Source: Eledone cirrhosa (Eukaryota). From it: a DNA stretch of 64,000 nucleotides. Shown here one piece after another: positions 14,326 through 27,376 of the stretch. Positions within the stretch are counted from its first letter, which is position 1. Every line of letters starts with the position of its first letter. The translations under genes and the position numbers were made by a program. The notes below the pieces were generated by a model. That model saw only the letters and a program-made list of their open reading frames with translations. It did not search any database and was not told the DNA's origin. Location of the stretch: positions 23,498,001 through 23,562,000 of the forward strand of contig OZ024758.1 of the NCBI GenBank assembly GCA_964016885.1. Reading direction: 5' to 3'.

Positions 14326-14660
14326 GGAGGCACATGGCTTAGTGGTTAGAGCATTGGCCTTGCAATCGAAAGGTTGTGAGTTCAATTCTCAGACCGGGTG
14401 ATGTGTTGTTTCCTTGAGCAAGACACTTTATTTCACATTGCTCCAGTTTACTCAGCTGTAGAAATGAGATGATAGGGACTGAGGTCCATATCATTCCACT
14501 GCAAAGTGGTTGTGGAGGTCCCACGGTAAAAAAGCACCCAGCACTCACTGTAAATGAGGGTGTTAGGAAGGGCATCCAGCTGTAGAAATCAAGTCAGAAT
14601 CAGTTCCCGTCCCACCCTTGCAAGCAGGGAAAAAGCGGACGTAAAATGAAATGGTGATGA
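14326..14660 (+). mobile_element. SINE family A, full length
   Basis: Same consensus; ends about 55 bp from the exon 3 donor. Confidence 0.88.
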
Positions 14661-14716
14661 AATACAAGTTCAAAGAGAAAGAGAGACGATGGGATGGGTC
14701 CAAAATATTAACTCAC

Positions 14717-14782
14717 CTGGCAACATACAAGGAAGATAAACAGGGTGATAGCGGTCCATAGCACTTTCTCTCGAAACTGGAT
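14717..14782 (-). CDS. SEC61A: Sec61 alpha exon 3 ([22 protein letters not shown])
   Basis: ag/gtgagt boundaries, 66 nt; highly conserved Sec61a TM1 region. Confidence 0.97.
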
Positions 14783-14937
14783 CTGGATAACAATAACAAA
14801 ATAAAATACAAAATCATACTTCAGTTGAAATAGGGTGAGAAAGAGGAAACATTTGGTAGGGGTACTAGGTAGACTAGGGTAAAGACGAAACTGAAGGTCA
14901 ATATTTGCGACGTAGTTGCATGTAATAATTCAATATA

Positions 14938-15386
14938 AGAGGGTCGGCTGAAAAGTTCATAGCATGGAGTGCTATGAACTTTTCAAGTTCATCAAGGAGT
15001 GATGCTAGAGCTGTGAAATCTTACATGGATTAATTTCAACTCTTCATATTAATAACTGCATTGATTTTGACTATGAAGGAGTAATGCTAGGGCTGTGAAA
15101 TCTTGCATCAATTAATTTCAACTCTTCATATTAATAACTGCATTGATTCTGATTATGAAATAGTGACGTTAGAGCTGTGAAATCTTGCATGGATTAATTT
15201 CAACTCGACTTATTAATAACTGCATTGATTCTGACTACTAAGGAATGATGTTAAAGCTGTGAAATCTTGCATGGATTAATAACTACAATGTTTCTTTCCA
15301 GAGACTATGTTGAAAAATAAACCTCATTTGGTCATTCCATGAGAGTATCTTGGTCAGCATGTGAACTTTTCACAGGCGACCCTCGT
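14938..15386. mobile_element. mariner-type MITE with internal ~82-bp tandem repeat
   Basis: GAGGGTCGGCTGAAAAGTTCA..TGAACTTTTCA..CGACCCTCG|TA; internal unit ctgtgaaatcttgcatgg.. about 3.5 times; relatives at 36872-37124, 45020-45090, 57927-58194. Confidence 0.78.
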
Positions 15387-15780
15387 ATAAATAACTAGTA
15401 ATCATTTCTTTATTGTTTCTACTTTTGGCACAAGGCCAGCAACCACCCAGTACATTACTGTGGTACTTTATTTTATCGACCCCGTAAGGATGAAAAGCAA
15501 AGTTGACCTCGGCGGGATTTGAACTCATATTGAATAATAATAGATAATAATAATTAATAATAAATAGACAGACGACTGCCGTGTAGTTTGAACCCAGACT
15601 TAGATGTAAAGAAATCCCTTAGATGGGTTCCCCATTGTCATCCTTGTTCCGAAATATTAACGGTCACAGACATTTTCTTTTTATCGTAACAGCCTAATAA
15701 AGGGTGAAACAAAAATGGTCTACCCCCACGCCCGCTCTCGAACCGGATTTGAATTAAGACTACAAGAATACTCCGATCGC

Positions 15781-15840
<60 letters not shown>

Positions 15841-16507
15841 TGTATACACCACAATAAAATAAAATTAGTAAAATGCTGTTCATATAGTTTCTTCCTTTGA
15901 TGTAAAAAGGACGACAATGGATAGACAGCTGTTACGAATGGCAATCGAAACTGGTAAGTTGTCTGTCAAAGATGTCACATTACCAAAATATATTAACAAT
16001 ATGGTGTCATACTTTTTTCCTATTACCCACTCTACTACCCCAAGTATTGAGTACTCTGGTGCGTTATGGTCCATCTGGTTCCTTGCCACACTTCCTTCGT
16101 TATATATATATATATAAATAAATAACCAAAGATTAATATGGTTCATTGATTACTCAATGAATATAGTTTTACAATAGATTAAAAGCACTCTACAGTGAAG
16201 TTTTCTGGAGTTATTCATATTATTCAAAATATTAATAAATGAAGAAGTTCATATTTGGATTATGTGAACGTCTTCATTTATTAATATTTTGAATAATATA
16301 TCTATATCTATATATATATATATATATATAAGCAGAAGGGATATTCAATTTGTTGGTAATTCAACAAATATAAATGTTTATAACTGATTCAGAGCACTCG
16401 ACAGATTTCTGGAGTATAATATACATTGATATTAAATATCCAAGGAAAACTTGAACCATTAAGGTATATTCTCCTTGGTTATGTCAAAATTTATAAAACA
16501 CACTTTG

Positions 16508-16568
16508 TATTTTATCTGATGAAAGCGTACCAAAATGTTGGTACCCTTGAAATATATATAATAGAATA
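16508..16568 (+). ncRNA. Minimal type I hammerhead ribozyme
   Basis: tattttat-CTGATGA-aagcgtacca..tggtaccctt-GAAA-tatata-TA-atagaata; stems I, II and III all form. Confidence 0.8.
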
Positions 16569-16612
16569 GATATGGTTTTATAAATAAAATATACTTTCCA
16601 TTTATTTAATAT

Positions 16613-16654
<42 letters not shown>

Positions 16655-16711
16655 CTGCCAATACTGGAATTGAACCATCAAGACAGTTGAGGTATGTCAT
16701 ACATCAATTCA

Positions 16712-16780
16712 TGTATTTTATCTGACGAGGACGTACTGAAAAAAACAGCACAGTACCTTCGAAATATATATAATAAAACA
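16712..16780 (+). ncRNA. Minimal type I hammerhead ribozyme
   Basis: tgtattttat-CTGACGA-ggacgtactg..cagtaccttc-GAAA-tatata-TA-ataaaaca. Confidence 0.8.
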
Positions 16781-17019
16781 TATTTTGATGATGTGAACGT
16801 CTTCATTTATTAATATTTTGAATTATATATATATATATTATACATACATACATAAGCTAACATTTAGTTAAGATCATATATACTGATGCTTATATATATA
16901 GAGAGAGAGAGACATACACAGAGTGTCCCCAAAATATGTATAGACACTTTGATTACCTGTACAGGCAACATTTAGAAGAATGCTGATGAAATATGTATAC
17001 ATTTTTTTGGAACACCCTC

Positions 17020-17063
<44 letters not shown>

Positions 17064-17376
17064 AATTATTATAGAGATGACTTCTACAAGACTAGGGCTG
17101 TTTTATTCGTAAGGTCCTTTCCTGATGATTTCTTACGAACGAAACAGTTCTGGTCCTGTAGACGTCAGTTATATAATAAAATGAACATGCCTTTACTCTA
17201 CTAACGTATTGAGATCCCGATTAACATCGGGATCCTACATATTATATATAAATAATGTGTATGTGTATAAAACATATATACAGGGTGTGTCCCCCCAAAA
17301 TGTATGTACACAGCATTTTAATAAATATTGCCTGTACAGGTAATCAAAGTATGTATATATTTTGGGAGACACCATA

Positions 17377-17421
<45 letters not shown>

Positions 17422-17517
17422 ATACTTGGGGAGGGTCATATTTGTGTAATATTGCCAGAATTAATCCCCAAGTATAACAATATTTGTTTCGACACACGGT
17501 TTCATATCAAAAACCTC

Positions 17518-17564
<47 letters not shown>

Positions 17565-17890
17565 CATAGAAAAGGATACCTTAACGTAGTTAACTTTGCT
17601 TATGGTTAGTCCCACCATTAACTAATTATAAGGAGGAGGAATTAATACTATATATACTATATATATATAGTAATAATAATAAATTGAAGACTAAAATCCA
17701 AAGAGGGCTCGATAAGGATAAATATATATCAAATATATAAGAAGATCCCGTTAAGGGTGAAAGCAGCGATTCTTTGCTTAAACTTTAATCTGTTATTTTA
17801 ATAAATATATATATATATATATAAATGTATATATAATTGTGGAGATGTGGTAATATAAATCGTGAAAAAAAAAAAATGAAACTGCCTTAC

Positions 17891-17958
17891 TTTTCGATCT
17901 GGTTTCGAGATTTCAGGTAAAACAGCACAAAAGGGCTTCACAAACTCGAGAAACTTAA
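17891..17958 (-). CDS. SEC61A: Sec61 alpha exon 2 ([23 protein letters not shown])
   Basis: tttgcag acceptor, gtaagg donor, 68 nt; typical Sec61a N-terminus. Confidence 0.96.
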
Positions 17959-18496
17959 CTGCAAATAAAATAGCAAATACACCGATATAAATAATAATGG
18001 TAGGAATTGATGAAATAACGGGTACGTAGACTATAATGTTGAAAGATACGGATAGATGTTAAAATATGTAGGCAGGAGAGAGAGTATATATATAAGAGAA
18101 GAGATGATGGGTGTGGGTTTATGTCATGTTATAGCCATATGTAACGCTACATAACGGCGATCATCAAAAAAGCAACTAACATCACTTTTCTTTTCCAGTT
18201 CTTCAAATATCATTGATAGTTTTTGGGTTTTTTTTCCAGTTTATACATTCTTAAATATCAATTATGTATAATATTGACAAAGATACTGATTTAAATAGTG
18301 TTTACTAAATGTTTCAGCTGAAGTTAAACATATTCTCTTAAAGAAAGTATGAGATTATAAGAGCCACGTATGCAAAAGGAGTCTTGTCCGGTCTTGTGTT
18401 TTATTTTTATCTAACAGGAACGAAAACCAATTTGATCTTTCAAAAAAAACTATATATGTTGGTAATTAGGAAAGAGAAAAAGAAAAGGGTACTTAC

Positions 18497-18503
18497 TCGC
18501 CAT
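18497..18503 (-). CDS. SEC61A: Sec61 alpha coding exon 1 (ATG GCG A)
   Basis: Minus strand reads ttaaaacATGGCGA|gtaagt: good Kozak (A at -3, G at +4) and a consensus donor. The 7-nt exon joins exon 2 in frame to give [12 protein letters not shown]. Confidence 0.9.
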
Positions 18504-18599
18504 GTTTTAACAATTGTTCCCGTTAAAAGACCATATGAAATAGTTGGAATCAACCAAACCCTAAAAGAACTCTGACGAGGAACTGACTAGCTTAATCCA

Positions 18600-18900
18600 A
18601 CCACGGTATCAGGAGAGCATGAAAGATTTTACATACGTCATACGCTTCTAGCTTCGCAACTTAGCTCACGTTAACGCAAGCATGTGACTTTATTTAATGT
18701 TCACTATTTTTCGATAAATTCTTCAGTTTTCACAAGATATTTAAATAATATAATGATACAAAATGTTAAATAATAAAATAATTTTATTTCATTTAATAAA
18801 AAATTAAGGTCGAAACTAACGTTGGGACGAGATTACGTAACTGGCCAATGAACGTAGGCAAACGGTGTTGTTGTTATTTTTGTACACGTCAACATCTCAA
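18600..18900. promoter_or_regulatory. Sec61 alpha promoter region
   Basis: Repeat-free, locally CpG-rich stretch upstream of the ATG with several ACGT cores (TACGTCA 18634-18640, TTACGTAA ~18834, CACGTCA 18885-18891) and CCAAT at 18845. Confidence 0.55.
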
Positions 18901-19516
18901 AGTAGAATTGCTGGTCTTCTCATTTCTTCTCTTCTTATTCTCTCTTTTCGCCGGTTACAAAGATAGATTTTATCAGCCGAATATACACAGCTCTTTAGAC
19001 AATATTTTATTACTCATTTCTACCTATTAAGTATAATTTACATATATATATATATCGTTTCGGTTATTCAATATTAACTTGATGGTGTTGACAGTTGGAG
19101 ATAAATATATTTTTCAAATATATTTTCCTTAACTGCCATTTTTCTTAGAGAAAATCTATTTAATTCGTAAACTGTTTGTCATTAGATACTTCCTTTTTTA
19201 TTTTAACCGTCATGTGGTAACGAAAACTATACATTTTAATAAACGTACGATATGAACTTCGCTGAGATAAGTAAACAGTGGTGACACCACCTTTTTTAAT
19301 TTATATATTTTATTTCTTCGTGGGTAGAAAGAAAAAAAATACCCCTGTGATCCATCTAATTAGTTTATACTCTTCTTAGAACAAGAAACACTAGATAAAT
19401 AGATCGATCCCATAAAACGATCTAAAACACCAGCTGTTTAACTTAGTTTAGTTTTCACATGGAGATGAGTCTAAAAGCTGTTTCCTGTAAATGGAATTAG
19501 ACTTTGCTTCAATAAG

Positions 19517-19767
19517 CAGTGTGGGATTTACGTATAAGCTAAACAAGCTACAGCTTAGGGCCCCCACTTTCTTGGGGCCCCGAAAAAATTGGAAAAAAAA
19601 AACGGTGTGTACATTTCCAAAATATAAGATAGAAAAGAACTAAAATGATGCAATAGTTTTAAACAGTTTTCTGCTTTAATATTGAACGTTTTGCAGTTTT
19701 TATAACATATAAAGGGCCCCATTATCTCAAATAGCTTAGGGCCTCATCAAATCTAAATCCGGCTCTG
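19517..19767. mobile_element. hAT-type MITE (~250 bp)
   Basis: CAG..GGGATTTA / TAAATCCG..CTG termini; 8-bp TSD tcaataag/tccataag; near-identical to 57359-57605. Confidence 0.85.
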
Positions 19768-21464
19768 TCCATAAGTTCTAATTTTATTAATTCGAAACTG
19801 TTTTCATTAACAGAAGACGTCCGAGTTTGGCTGTTATGTTTTACTTGCTTCACCAAAGTTCATCTATTTTCACCATTATTTCACTAAAATTTAAAAAAAC
19901 GTTCCTTAATGCTCTATAAATAAATTAATCCACATGCAATTTTGACTGATCAGTTTAAATAATCCATAATTTACGACCGGTAGACAGTATCAGCAATGGA
20001 AAGACCGATGGAAACATTGTTTCCTTGGTCCGATTTGACGAGTTCTGCCCCACTCTGCACCTGAATGAAGTCTGGGATCTTGTCGATCAATTCGATCGAT
20101 AAATAGATAGTTATAGCTACTAATCTCTCGTGGACAGAAGAATCCCATTTTTTTTCTGTCCACAAAGAAATAAGAAACTTGTTTAAATATAATTGTGTCT
20201 ACTTTTGGCACAAGGCCAGCTAATATCTAGTGTATTACTGGTATTTTACTTTATCGACCCCGTAAGGATGAAAGGCAAATATAATGAGGGCAGAATTGTA
20301 TATTTATTAAAAATTATACCTTATATTATATCTTAAACTACCATAAAACGATTTGTAATGTTCTCGGAATAAACGAATGACTACATAAGCCCACGTTGTC
20401 AAATAATGCACTGATATGCAAATTAGTCTGGTCACTTTAGCTGAGTTAGTATACAATAAACTAGTTTTTAAACGATATAAATAGCTTATAACCTATAAAT
20501 CTTTCTGTTTTGTAGTAATACTTTATGAATTAATTTCGTTTTCTGTTCGTTATTCGATAACGAAGTTTTTTTTTTATTTTTGGTTTTCTTAGTAAATAAG
20601 AAAGTGGGCGGGGGACCTGACTTAGTGTTATTTTATGACCCTTAACACTTTCGAATTATATAAAGAAACGTTGTTTACGACAGACCGAGATTAAAGAAAC
20701 GACGAAAAGAAAGAAAGAAACTGCCGACTAGTCATTTTCCTTTCTTTTTTATAAGTTTCAAAGATGTTATCAGCTTTATTTCACGACATTAACGTTGGTG
20801 TATCTTCTTCATCTTTAGTCATAAATTGATATCTTGTCAGAATGCAGTAGTGAGGCTGACTTTATGTCTTTAGCTACAGATTTGATAGGAAATATATATG
20901 TGAAATAATAAAGGAGTTGATGGATGATGACTACTTCTGATAGATCGAACATGGGCTTTTTTTTTTTTCTTTCTAATTTGATATAGCCATATTATGGTGT
21001 AGTATTTAATCTCTCGAAACTCACAGAAATTGCACAGAAAAAGAAAGCAAAAGCAACACGTGGTATTGATATTTTCAATGGAATTTAATTAATTTTTCAT
21101 TTGAAACTCTCATTAAATCTGTCCAGCTATTCCTTCCTCAGAAAGAATAACTGGATAGATTTTACGAGCAAAACCAACCGGCAAGATACCCAAGGGTAGA
21201 CCCTAAGCAAGATGGTTGGATAACATCCATGAGCTTGGCTGGTAACGCTTGGGGGATCCAGCTGGATCAGTTGGAAACGGTTGTTTCTGACAGGAACTGC
21301 TGGAAGGAGTGTTTGAGGATTCTGCCCCCACGACTCTCTCAGGGTGAAGAAGAAGAAAGAGAAGATTTGAAACTCTCTCTTTCTTTCAATGTTGATTTGT
21401 ATCAGTGATTCTAAAACGGGAGATACTTGTGTCTCCAGAAAGAAATTTCGGTATTATTATAGAT

Positions 21465-21641
21465 TGGCAGTATCGGTAGAGGGTCGGACGCCATGCTTTG
21501 CAGCACAGTTACGTCCCTTTATGGTCTGAGTTCAAATCCCGCCGAGGTTAACTTTGTATTTCATCCTTACAGGGTCGATAAAATAAAGTACCAGTAATAC
21601 ACTGGAATAATTGCTGGCCTTGTGCCAAAAATAGAAACAAT
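21465..21641 (+). mobile_element. SINE family B (representative copy)
   Basis: ggcagtatcggtagag..gagttcaaatcccgccgagg..catccttacggggtcgataaaataaagtaccag..gccttgtgccaaaagtagaaacaatt. More than 15 full or partial copies, e.g. 15412, 24262, 30751, 32286, 49962, 57219, 61154, 62808. Confidence 0.85.
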
Positions 21642-22084
21642 TATTATAGAACAGCCCCATGGTGCCCCCCCCCCCCCCCCATCCCACTTCCCATTTTCCG
21701 TGGAAAAAAGTCCTTTACGGCATGATCGAAGGTAAGATTTGTTGGTAGCAGCACTCAAAAAGACCGAAGAAAAATAAATGATAAAACCGGGTGAAGAGAG
21801 ATGTGCTTTAATAGACTGATTGTCCTACCTCTACCCAACCCTTTTTTTTTTTTTTTCAGGGAGAAAAAGTCCTTTGCAGCATATTTTGAAGTAAGTTTAA
21901 ATGATAGTGCACGAAAATTTTGACGGAAAATAATTATTTTCCATTGAAATCAATGAGGGTGTTCTATAAATTTACCAAAATTTCAACTCCTAGTGGAGGT
22001 ATTTTTAACGAAGGGAGGCATTGGGGAGAAATCTTAGCCAAGAGGTAATCTAAGTGGGGAAAGTAGTATGTACATTGTGTATAA

Positions 22085-22352
22085 TAGTAATAATAATAAT
22101 GAAATTATTGTGTACAGTGCTCAGGTGCACTACAACTCATCAAAGGTGCATGTATAGTACATAGAATAATGTACAAATGTCAGGAAAGTGAATAGTGTAT
22201 GAATCATGATATACATGTGTATGGAGGGGGGATATCAGGTGTAGTGTTGGTGAATTTCAGGAAGCATGGAGGTTTGAAAGGATGCAGTGCCTTGACAACT
22301 AACAACTGATCCAGGTAGTTTGTTCCATGCTTCAGCAACTCTGAGCGTGAAA
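22085..22352 (-). mobile_element. CR1-like LINE 3' end
   Basis: YFTLRVAEAWNKLPGSVVS..SF motif and (ATT)n tail; copies at 35390-35450, 44605-44795, 54385-54652. Confidence 0.8.
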
Positions 22353-24749
22353 TAATGTGTATATATATCAAATGAAATAACAATATAACCAACAATGATA
22401 ATCCCAATATGATGACTGTTCACTATATTATTCAATGAGAGATGAATGTGACTGGCTGAGAGGAGGGATAGAAATGAATGTGGAAGGAAGTAGAGGAAAG
22501 GGGAAGACCAAACTGCTAGGCTTAGTCCATCTTCTCCGTCCACTTATTCCTGAAAGGGTCATGGGGGCAGAGTCCTCAAACTCTCCTTCCAGCAGGTCCT
22601 GTCAGAAGCAACTGATCCAGCAGGGTCCCCAAGCATATCCAGCCAAGCTCCTGGATGTTATTCAACCATCTTGCTCAGGGTCTACCACTGGGTCTCCTGC
22701 CAGCTGGTTTTGTCTGTGAAATCTACCCATCATTGGATGAATTAATATACAAGTATTTTAAGGCCACTTTCTTTGCTAAAGCAGAGATGAACCTTGTAAA
22801 CCCCCATGATAAACTTCTCCATGTTGCTGTATTGTCTGTATCCTCACCTCAGCAACCCCTATGGATCCATCAACTTTAGCCATGTATTTCTTGGTCTTCC
22901 CCTTCCTCTATTTCCTTCCACATTCATTTCCATCACTCCTCTCAGCCAGTCACTTTCATCCTTCCTGAACCCTTTACTCTATATATACTATTGTATTTTC
23001 ACAGTAAAGGTTTTATCTTACATAATTATCTCACATAACATCGAATCTATGAGATTTTGATGTTATTTATTTTGAGAACAATACCTTAACATCAGTATGA
23101 GTGGCCAGTTACAGCCAGTTTGAACAGAAAGAGGTGAGAGAATTCTGGCCGGTTTAAATGCTAAAGGGTTAACACATGACTCAACCATTTTATTCCATTT
23201 CCCTCCATAATATTCATCATTGGCTCTATTTCCATTATCCTCTACAATTCATTGTTTGTCTTCCTCTCTCTTAATGATACTCCATTTATCTACTTGACCA
23301 TTCTCATTTCCTCCTTTCTTTACAGACTTCTCTGCTCATCATCCATGTTTCACTCTCATAAATCATAACACTTCTAACACCGACAACATGCGCTCTGTTT
23401 TCAATTTCAGCAACACTCCCTTCCCTTCCTCATTAGCACACCATTAAGTCCCCCAGGACTTCTTCCATGCACATCTCACTCTAGATACTGAGTGTATCCA
23501 GTTTTGAAAGCAACACTGCATCTCTGCATGTCACAAAAAGTGACAAGAATAATTGGCACCAGGAAGGGTATCCAGCCATAAAAAAATGCTTTAAAAAGAA
23601 CCTCAACAAGTATAATAAAAACACGCACACTCACACATATATATATATATACGCATACACACACATATACGTATGTGAAAAAAATATATACGTGTACGTT
23701 AAACTGTTTTTGCCAGAAGAAGTGTGTTTTAAAAACACCACGTGGCAACTATTCATCAATGTTCACACCTTCATTCAACCAGGACATTTATTAACTACTA
23801 GTAATGGATGATGCAGGGGAGAGAATTATATTTTATGTTTAGTTGTCTCCCTTGACCTGATTTAAATTACTCAAATTATGAATCATGATCATATGCAAAC
23901 AGTTTATTATATACTTACAGAGGACAATGGCTTGGCAGAATCGTCAGATTGTCGATGAAAATGTCTCGTGGTATTTAATCACTACACTACCCTTTAAGTT
24001 CTGGGTTCAAATACCACCGATTAACATAATTGGTAGAGTATTAGATAAAATGCTATTGCGGTATTTGTTCTGTCTCTTTGCATTTTGAGTTCAAATCCCA
24101 CCGAAATCAATTTTACTTTTCAACGCTCCGGAGTCATAAAATAAAGTACCAATCACATACTGAGGTCGATTTAATCGACTTATACCCACCTCTGTAAATT
24201 TCTGGCCTTGTGCCTAAATTAGAAATCACATACTAACAGTTCCACTTACACCACACAAATAACTGTTTCTACTTTAGGCACAAGGCCAGCAATTACTCAG
24301 TGCATTACTGGTACTTTATTTTATCGACCCCGTAAGGATGAAAGGCAAAGTCAACCTCGGCGGGATTTGAACTCAGATCGTAAAGGGACGTAACTATGCT
24401 GGAAAGCATGGCGTCCGACCCTCTACCATACTGCCAATCCACACACAAATAACGACATGTATATGTATACATTTTTCTTCCTTCTCGAAATTTAATTCCT
24501 CGTTACCCCTTCTCTGTTATTTCACTGTCCCTCTCTCTCTCTCCTATCACGTCACATGGGAACCCCTGAAATACATTACCTACCAACCAACACTATGTCT
24601 ACTGGTTGTCTTTACCTCATTTTAACCCCCCCCCCCCTCCATTAATTCATTATCCATTTCCCTGACCACTCCCTTTGTTTATATATACAGGGTGTCCCCC
24701 CAAAATGTATACACAGTATTCTAATAAATATTGCCTGTACAGGAACACC

Positions 24750-24792
<43 letters not shown>

Positions 24793-24879
24793 GGAAAAAT
24801 TTGAACAGGGACAAAACAGAGAGGCAGTACAATAAATGTTTATTAATTTCACGCTCAGGAGAGTGGGGGGTAGGTGGGG

Positions 24880-24915
24880 GACGACGTTTCGGGCATAAGC
24901 CCTTCCTCAGGTGAG
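24880..24915 (-). ncRNA. Degenerate Penelope-type hammerhead core
   Basis: Minus: CTGAGGAAGGGCTTATGCCCGAAACGTC; stem II gggc/gccc intact, stem I poor. Confidence 0.5.
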
Positions 24916-24994
24916 AAGTGTGTGGGAACAGAGTTCAAAAGGTGTGTAGGGGAGTGGTAGTGAGACATATAGCGAAAGGAAACGGTGCGAATGA

Positions 24995-25280
24995 AAAAAT
25001 ATATATACCACCAGTCTCAAACAGAGTTGCCTGCCGACGAATGAAACTGGCTGGGCACTGCATCCGCCATTCTGAAGGGACAGCATCTCAACTTGTGCTC
25101 TGGAAACCGGCGGTCGGACGAAGAAGCGTGGGAAGACAAGCCGTCTCATTCATTGATACCCTGCTGAGAGATGCCAACATTGATAACATCGACAAACTGA
25201 GAAATGTCGTGTTCGATCGGGACGATTGGAGAGAGCGTGCAGAATCTTTGCGAGTGTAAACTCAGCCGAAAAAGAAGATG
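24995..25280 (+). mobile_element. RTE-clade LINE 3' fragment
   Basis: RT C-terminal peptide RRMKLAGHCIRH..LVLWKP..GRRSVGR..DRDDWR*. Confidence 0.8.
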
Positions 25281-25289
25281 GTACTACTT

Positions 25290-25870
25290 AACTCGTCGGA
25301 AGGTGATCGTTGACATGCACTTGATAGGTTTGATGCGTGGCAGGAATGAAAATCAGGGCTGCAAAGACTGAGACATATGTCTTTACAGGGAAGCCTGTAT
25401 AGTGCACTCTATATGTGAGTGGAGTTCCACTGAAGCAGAAGTCCAAGTATCTTAGGGCCGTATTCACGAAGGCAAGAGGGTAAATTAAGCGCATTGATTG
25501 CAGGAGCTGTTGTAGTAATGCGCCAGCTTCAGCAGTTCATCAGAAGATTACTAATTTTAATTCAATATTCGTGCCAACTCTTACTTATGTTTAGGAATCT
25601 TGGGTAAACAAATACGATCGGGGATATAAGCGGCAGAAATGGGGTTCCTCCGAATGGTCTCTGGAGTAACGTTACTCGATAGAGTGCGTCGCTCAGAGTT
25701 CAGAAAGTCACTCTAGATAGAGCTATACTTCTCCAAATTGCGAGATCACTGTTCTGATATTACGGACATGTTTAAGGAAAGAATCACTGGACAGATTTTA
25801 TGGGCAAAACCATCCACCAAGCAAAATAGTGGGATAACATCCGTGAGTTCGGCTGATATTCATTGGAAGT
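25290..25870 (+). mobile_element. Degraded RTE-type LINE fragment
   Basis: Frameshifted RT remnants (GMKI..KTE, KYLG, IFVPTLTY, AAEMGFLR); related pieces at 21145-21360, 22530-22730, 33230-33590, 35600-36030. Confidence 0.65.
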
Positions 25871-26049
25871 CTTCTTTTACAGTGAAGGTAATGGTGTGTG
25901 GATCTCTATTAAATTGTCTTTGTTTAGATAATTATCACATGTGAATTTAAAGTCAAGTTCTAGTTTGTAGGAATTGCCATCGCGAAATATCACATCCCGT
26001 TCACAAAGTATTTCCATGCACTTCTATACAGCAGAATCAATATAGATAT

Positions 26050-26665
26050 ATTTCTTTATTAGCCACAGGGGCACAAAAGAAGAGGACAAATACAAAGGGG
26101 GAAGTTTACATACAATAAAAACCTGTAAAATATTATCACAAATGTAATTTAAAAATTAGTCGATTTTCCCCAATAGGGGGAGACATTTCATATGGGTAAC
26201 ACATACCCCCGAAAAAAAATGTGTAACCCTCATCTCCAGGAGTACGAAGAGTTTGTACTCCTTTCCTCTCCTCCTCTTTTTCCTCAACCTACAGGCTGAT
26301 ATAGAGAGAAGGCCCATTCACTCGGGCCATTCTCGCCACTTTCACCCACCTTTTATAAAACTTGCTGGGGTACAGCACCTCTCTCTCCATCCTGATTCTT
26401 CTTCCAAAGTGGTATTTGAAAAAAAAAATCAGTTGTTGGCCGGAGAGAAAGGTGTCTGACCTCAGCCCTTTCAACCTTGTCCACCATACAACCTCTTTCG
26501 CCATAGCTATCACACAAAGGAAAACCGCCTCTCCTTCGTTTTTGAAGGAGGGTGGCGGTTTGATCATGACACTGGACTCGGTGGTCAACCGGATTGGTCC
26601 CACCCGCGACAATAGTCGTTCTACATAGCCCCACAGGTCGGTGACGCCCGGGCAGTGTATGAATG
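26050..26665 (-). mobile_element. L1/Tx1-like LINE 3' end
   Basis: ORF 26289..26795 (HCPGV..LW..AKEVVWWTR..RW) resembles an L1/Tx1 ORF2 C-terminus; 3' UTR with AATAAA; related end at 58220-58525. Confidence 0.65.
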
Positions 26666-27376
26666 TATATAGATAGATAGAATGCATATAAATAAACATA
26701 ATTTTATTTTTTTTAAAAGAAGGAAAATAAGCAGAAGACATCCACACTGAATCACTCGCCAAGAAGTGTTGGTGAGCCATTGAAAAAATTCTCAATACTG
26801 AAGTATAATTATTTACAGTCGCCCGAGTATCGATAACGAGAAACTCCGACTAGCAATTCACGAAAACTGAGTTTTGAACATATATTCTCTTGTGTCCCAA
26901 ATCATAGGAGGGGTTGGAATAAGTGGGGGTGGGATGGAAAATTCAGTCGTTTAGTTTACATATTGACATCCCAACCTATCCCATTTATTTGATAACGTAT
27001 GGGATTTCTAGTAATGTACTTTTTTGTTATGAATGTTTTTTTTTTTAATGTATAAAGAAAATTAATTGTCGCAGGAATGCTACTACTTAAAATAAAATCT
27101 CGCCGAAGATAGATTAGCAAAATTTAATAAGCGGAGAGGGGGTTGGACAAAATCTGAAAAATTAAGAAGCGTGGGGGTGGGGACGATTATTCGAGGAACC
27201 GAGAGTAATATATATAGATATATTTCTTAGATTGATATAGAAAGTGAAGCAAGACCATGCAAGGAATTTTCGAAATCGAAATATGTTTGTAGAATAACTC
27301 GGCTAAAGAAGGGAGATAATTCATATTAGTAAATAAATTATTGGAAAAAATTACAGCAGATGGCAGTAGTGAATTC

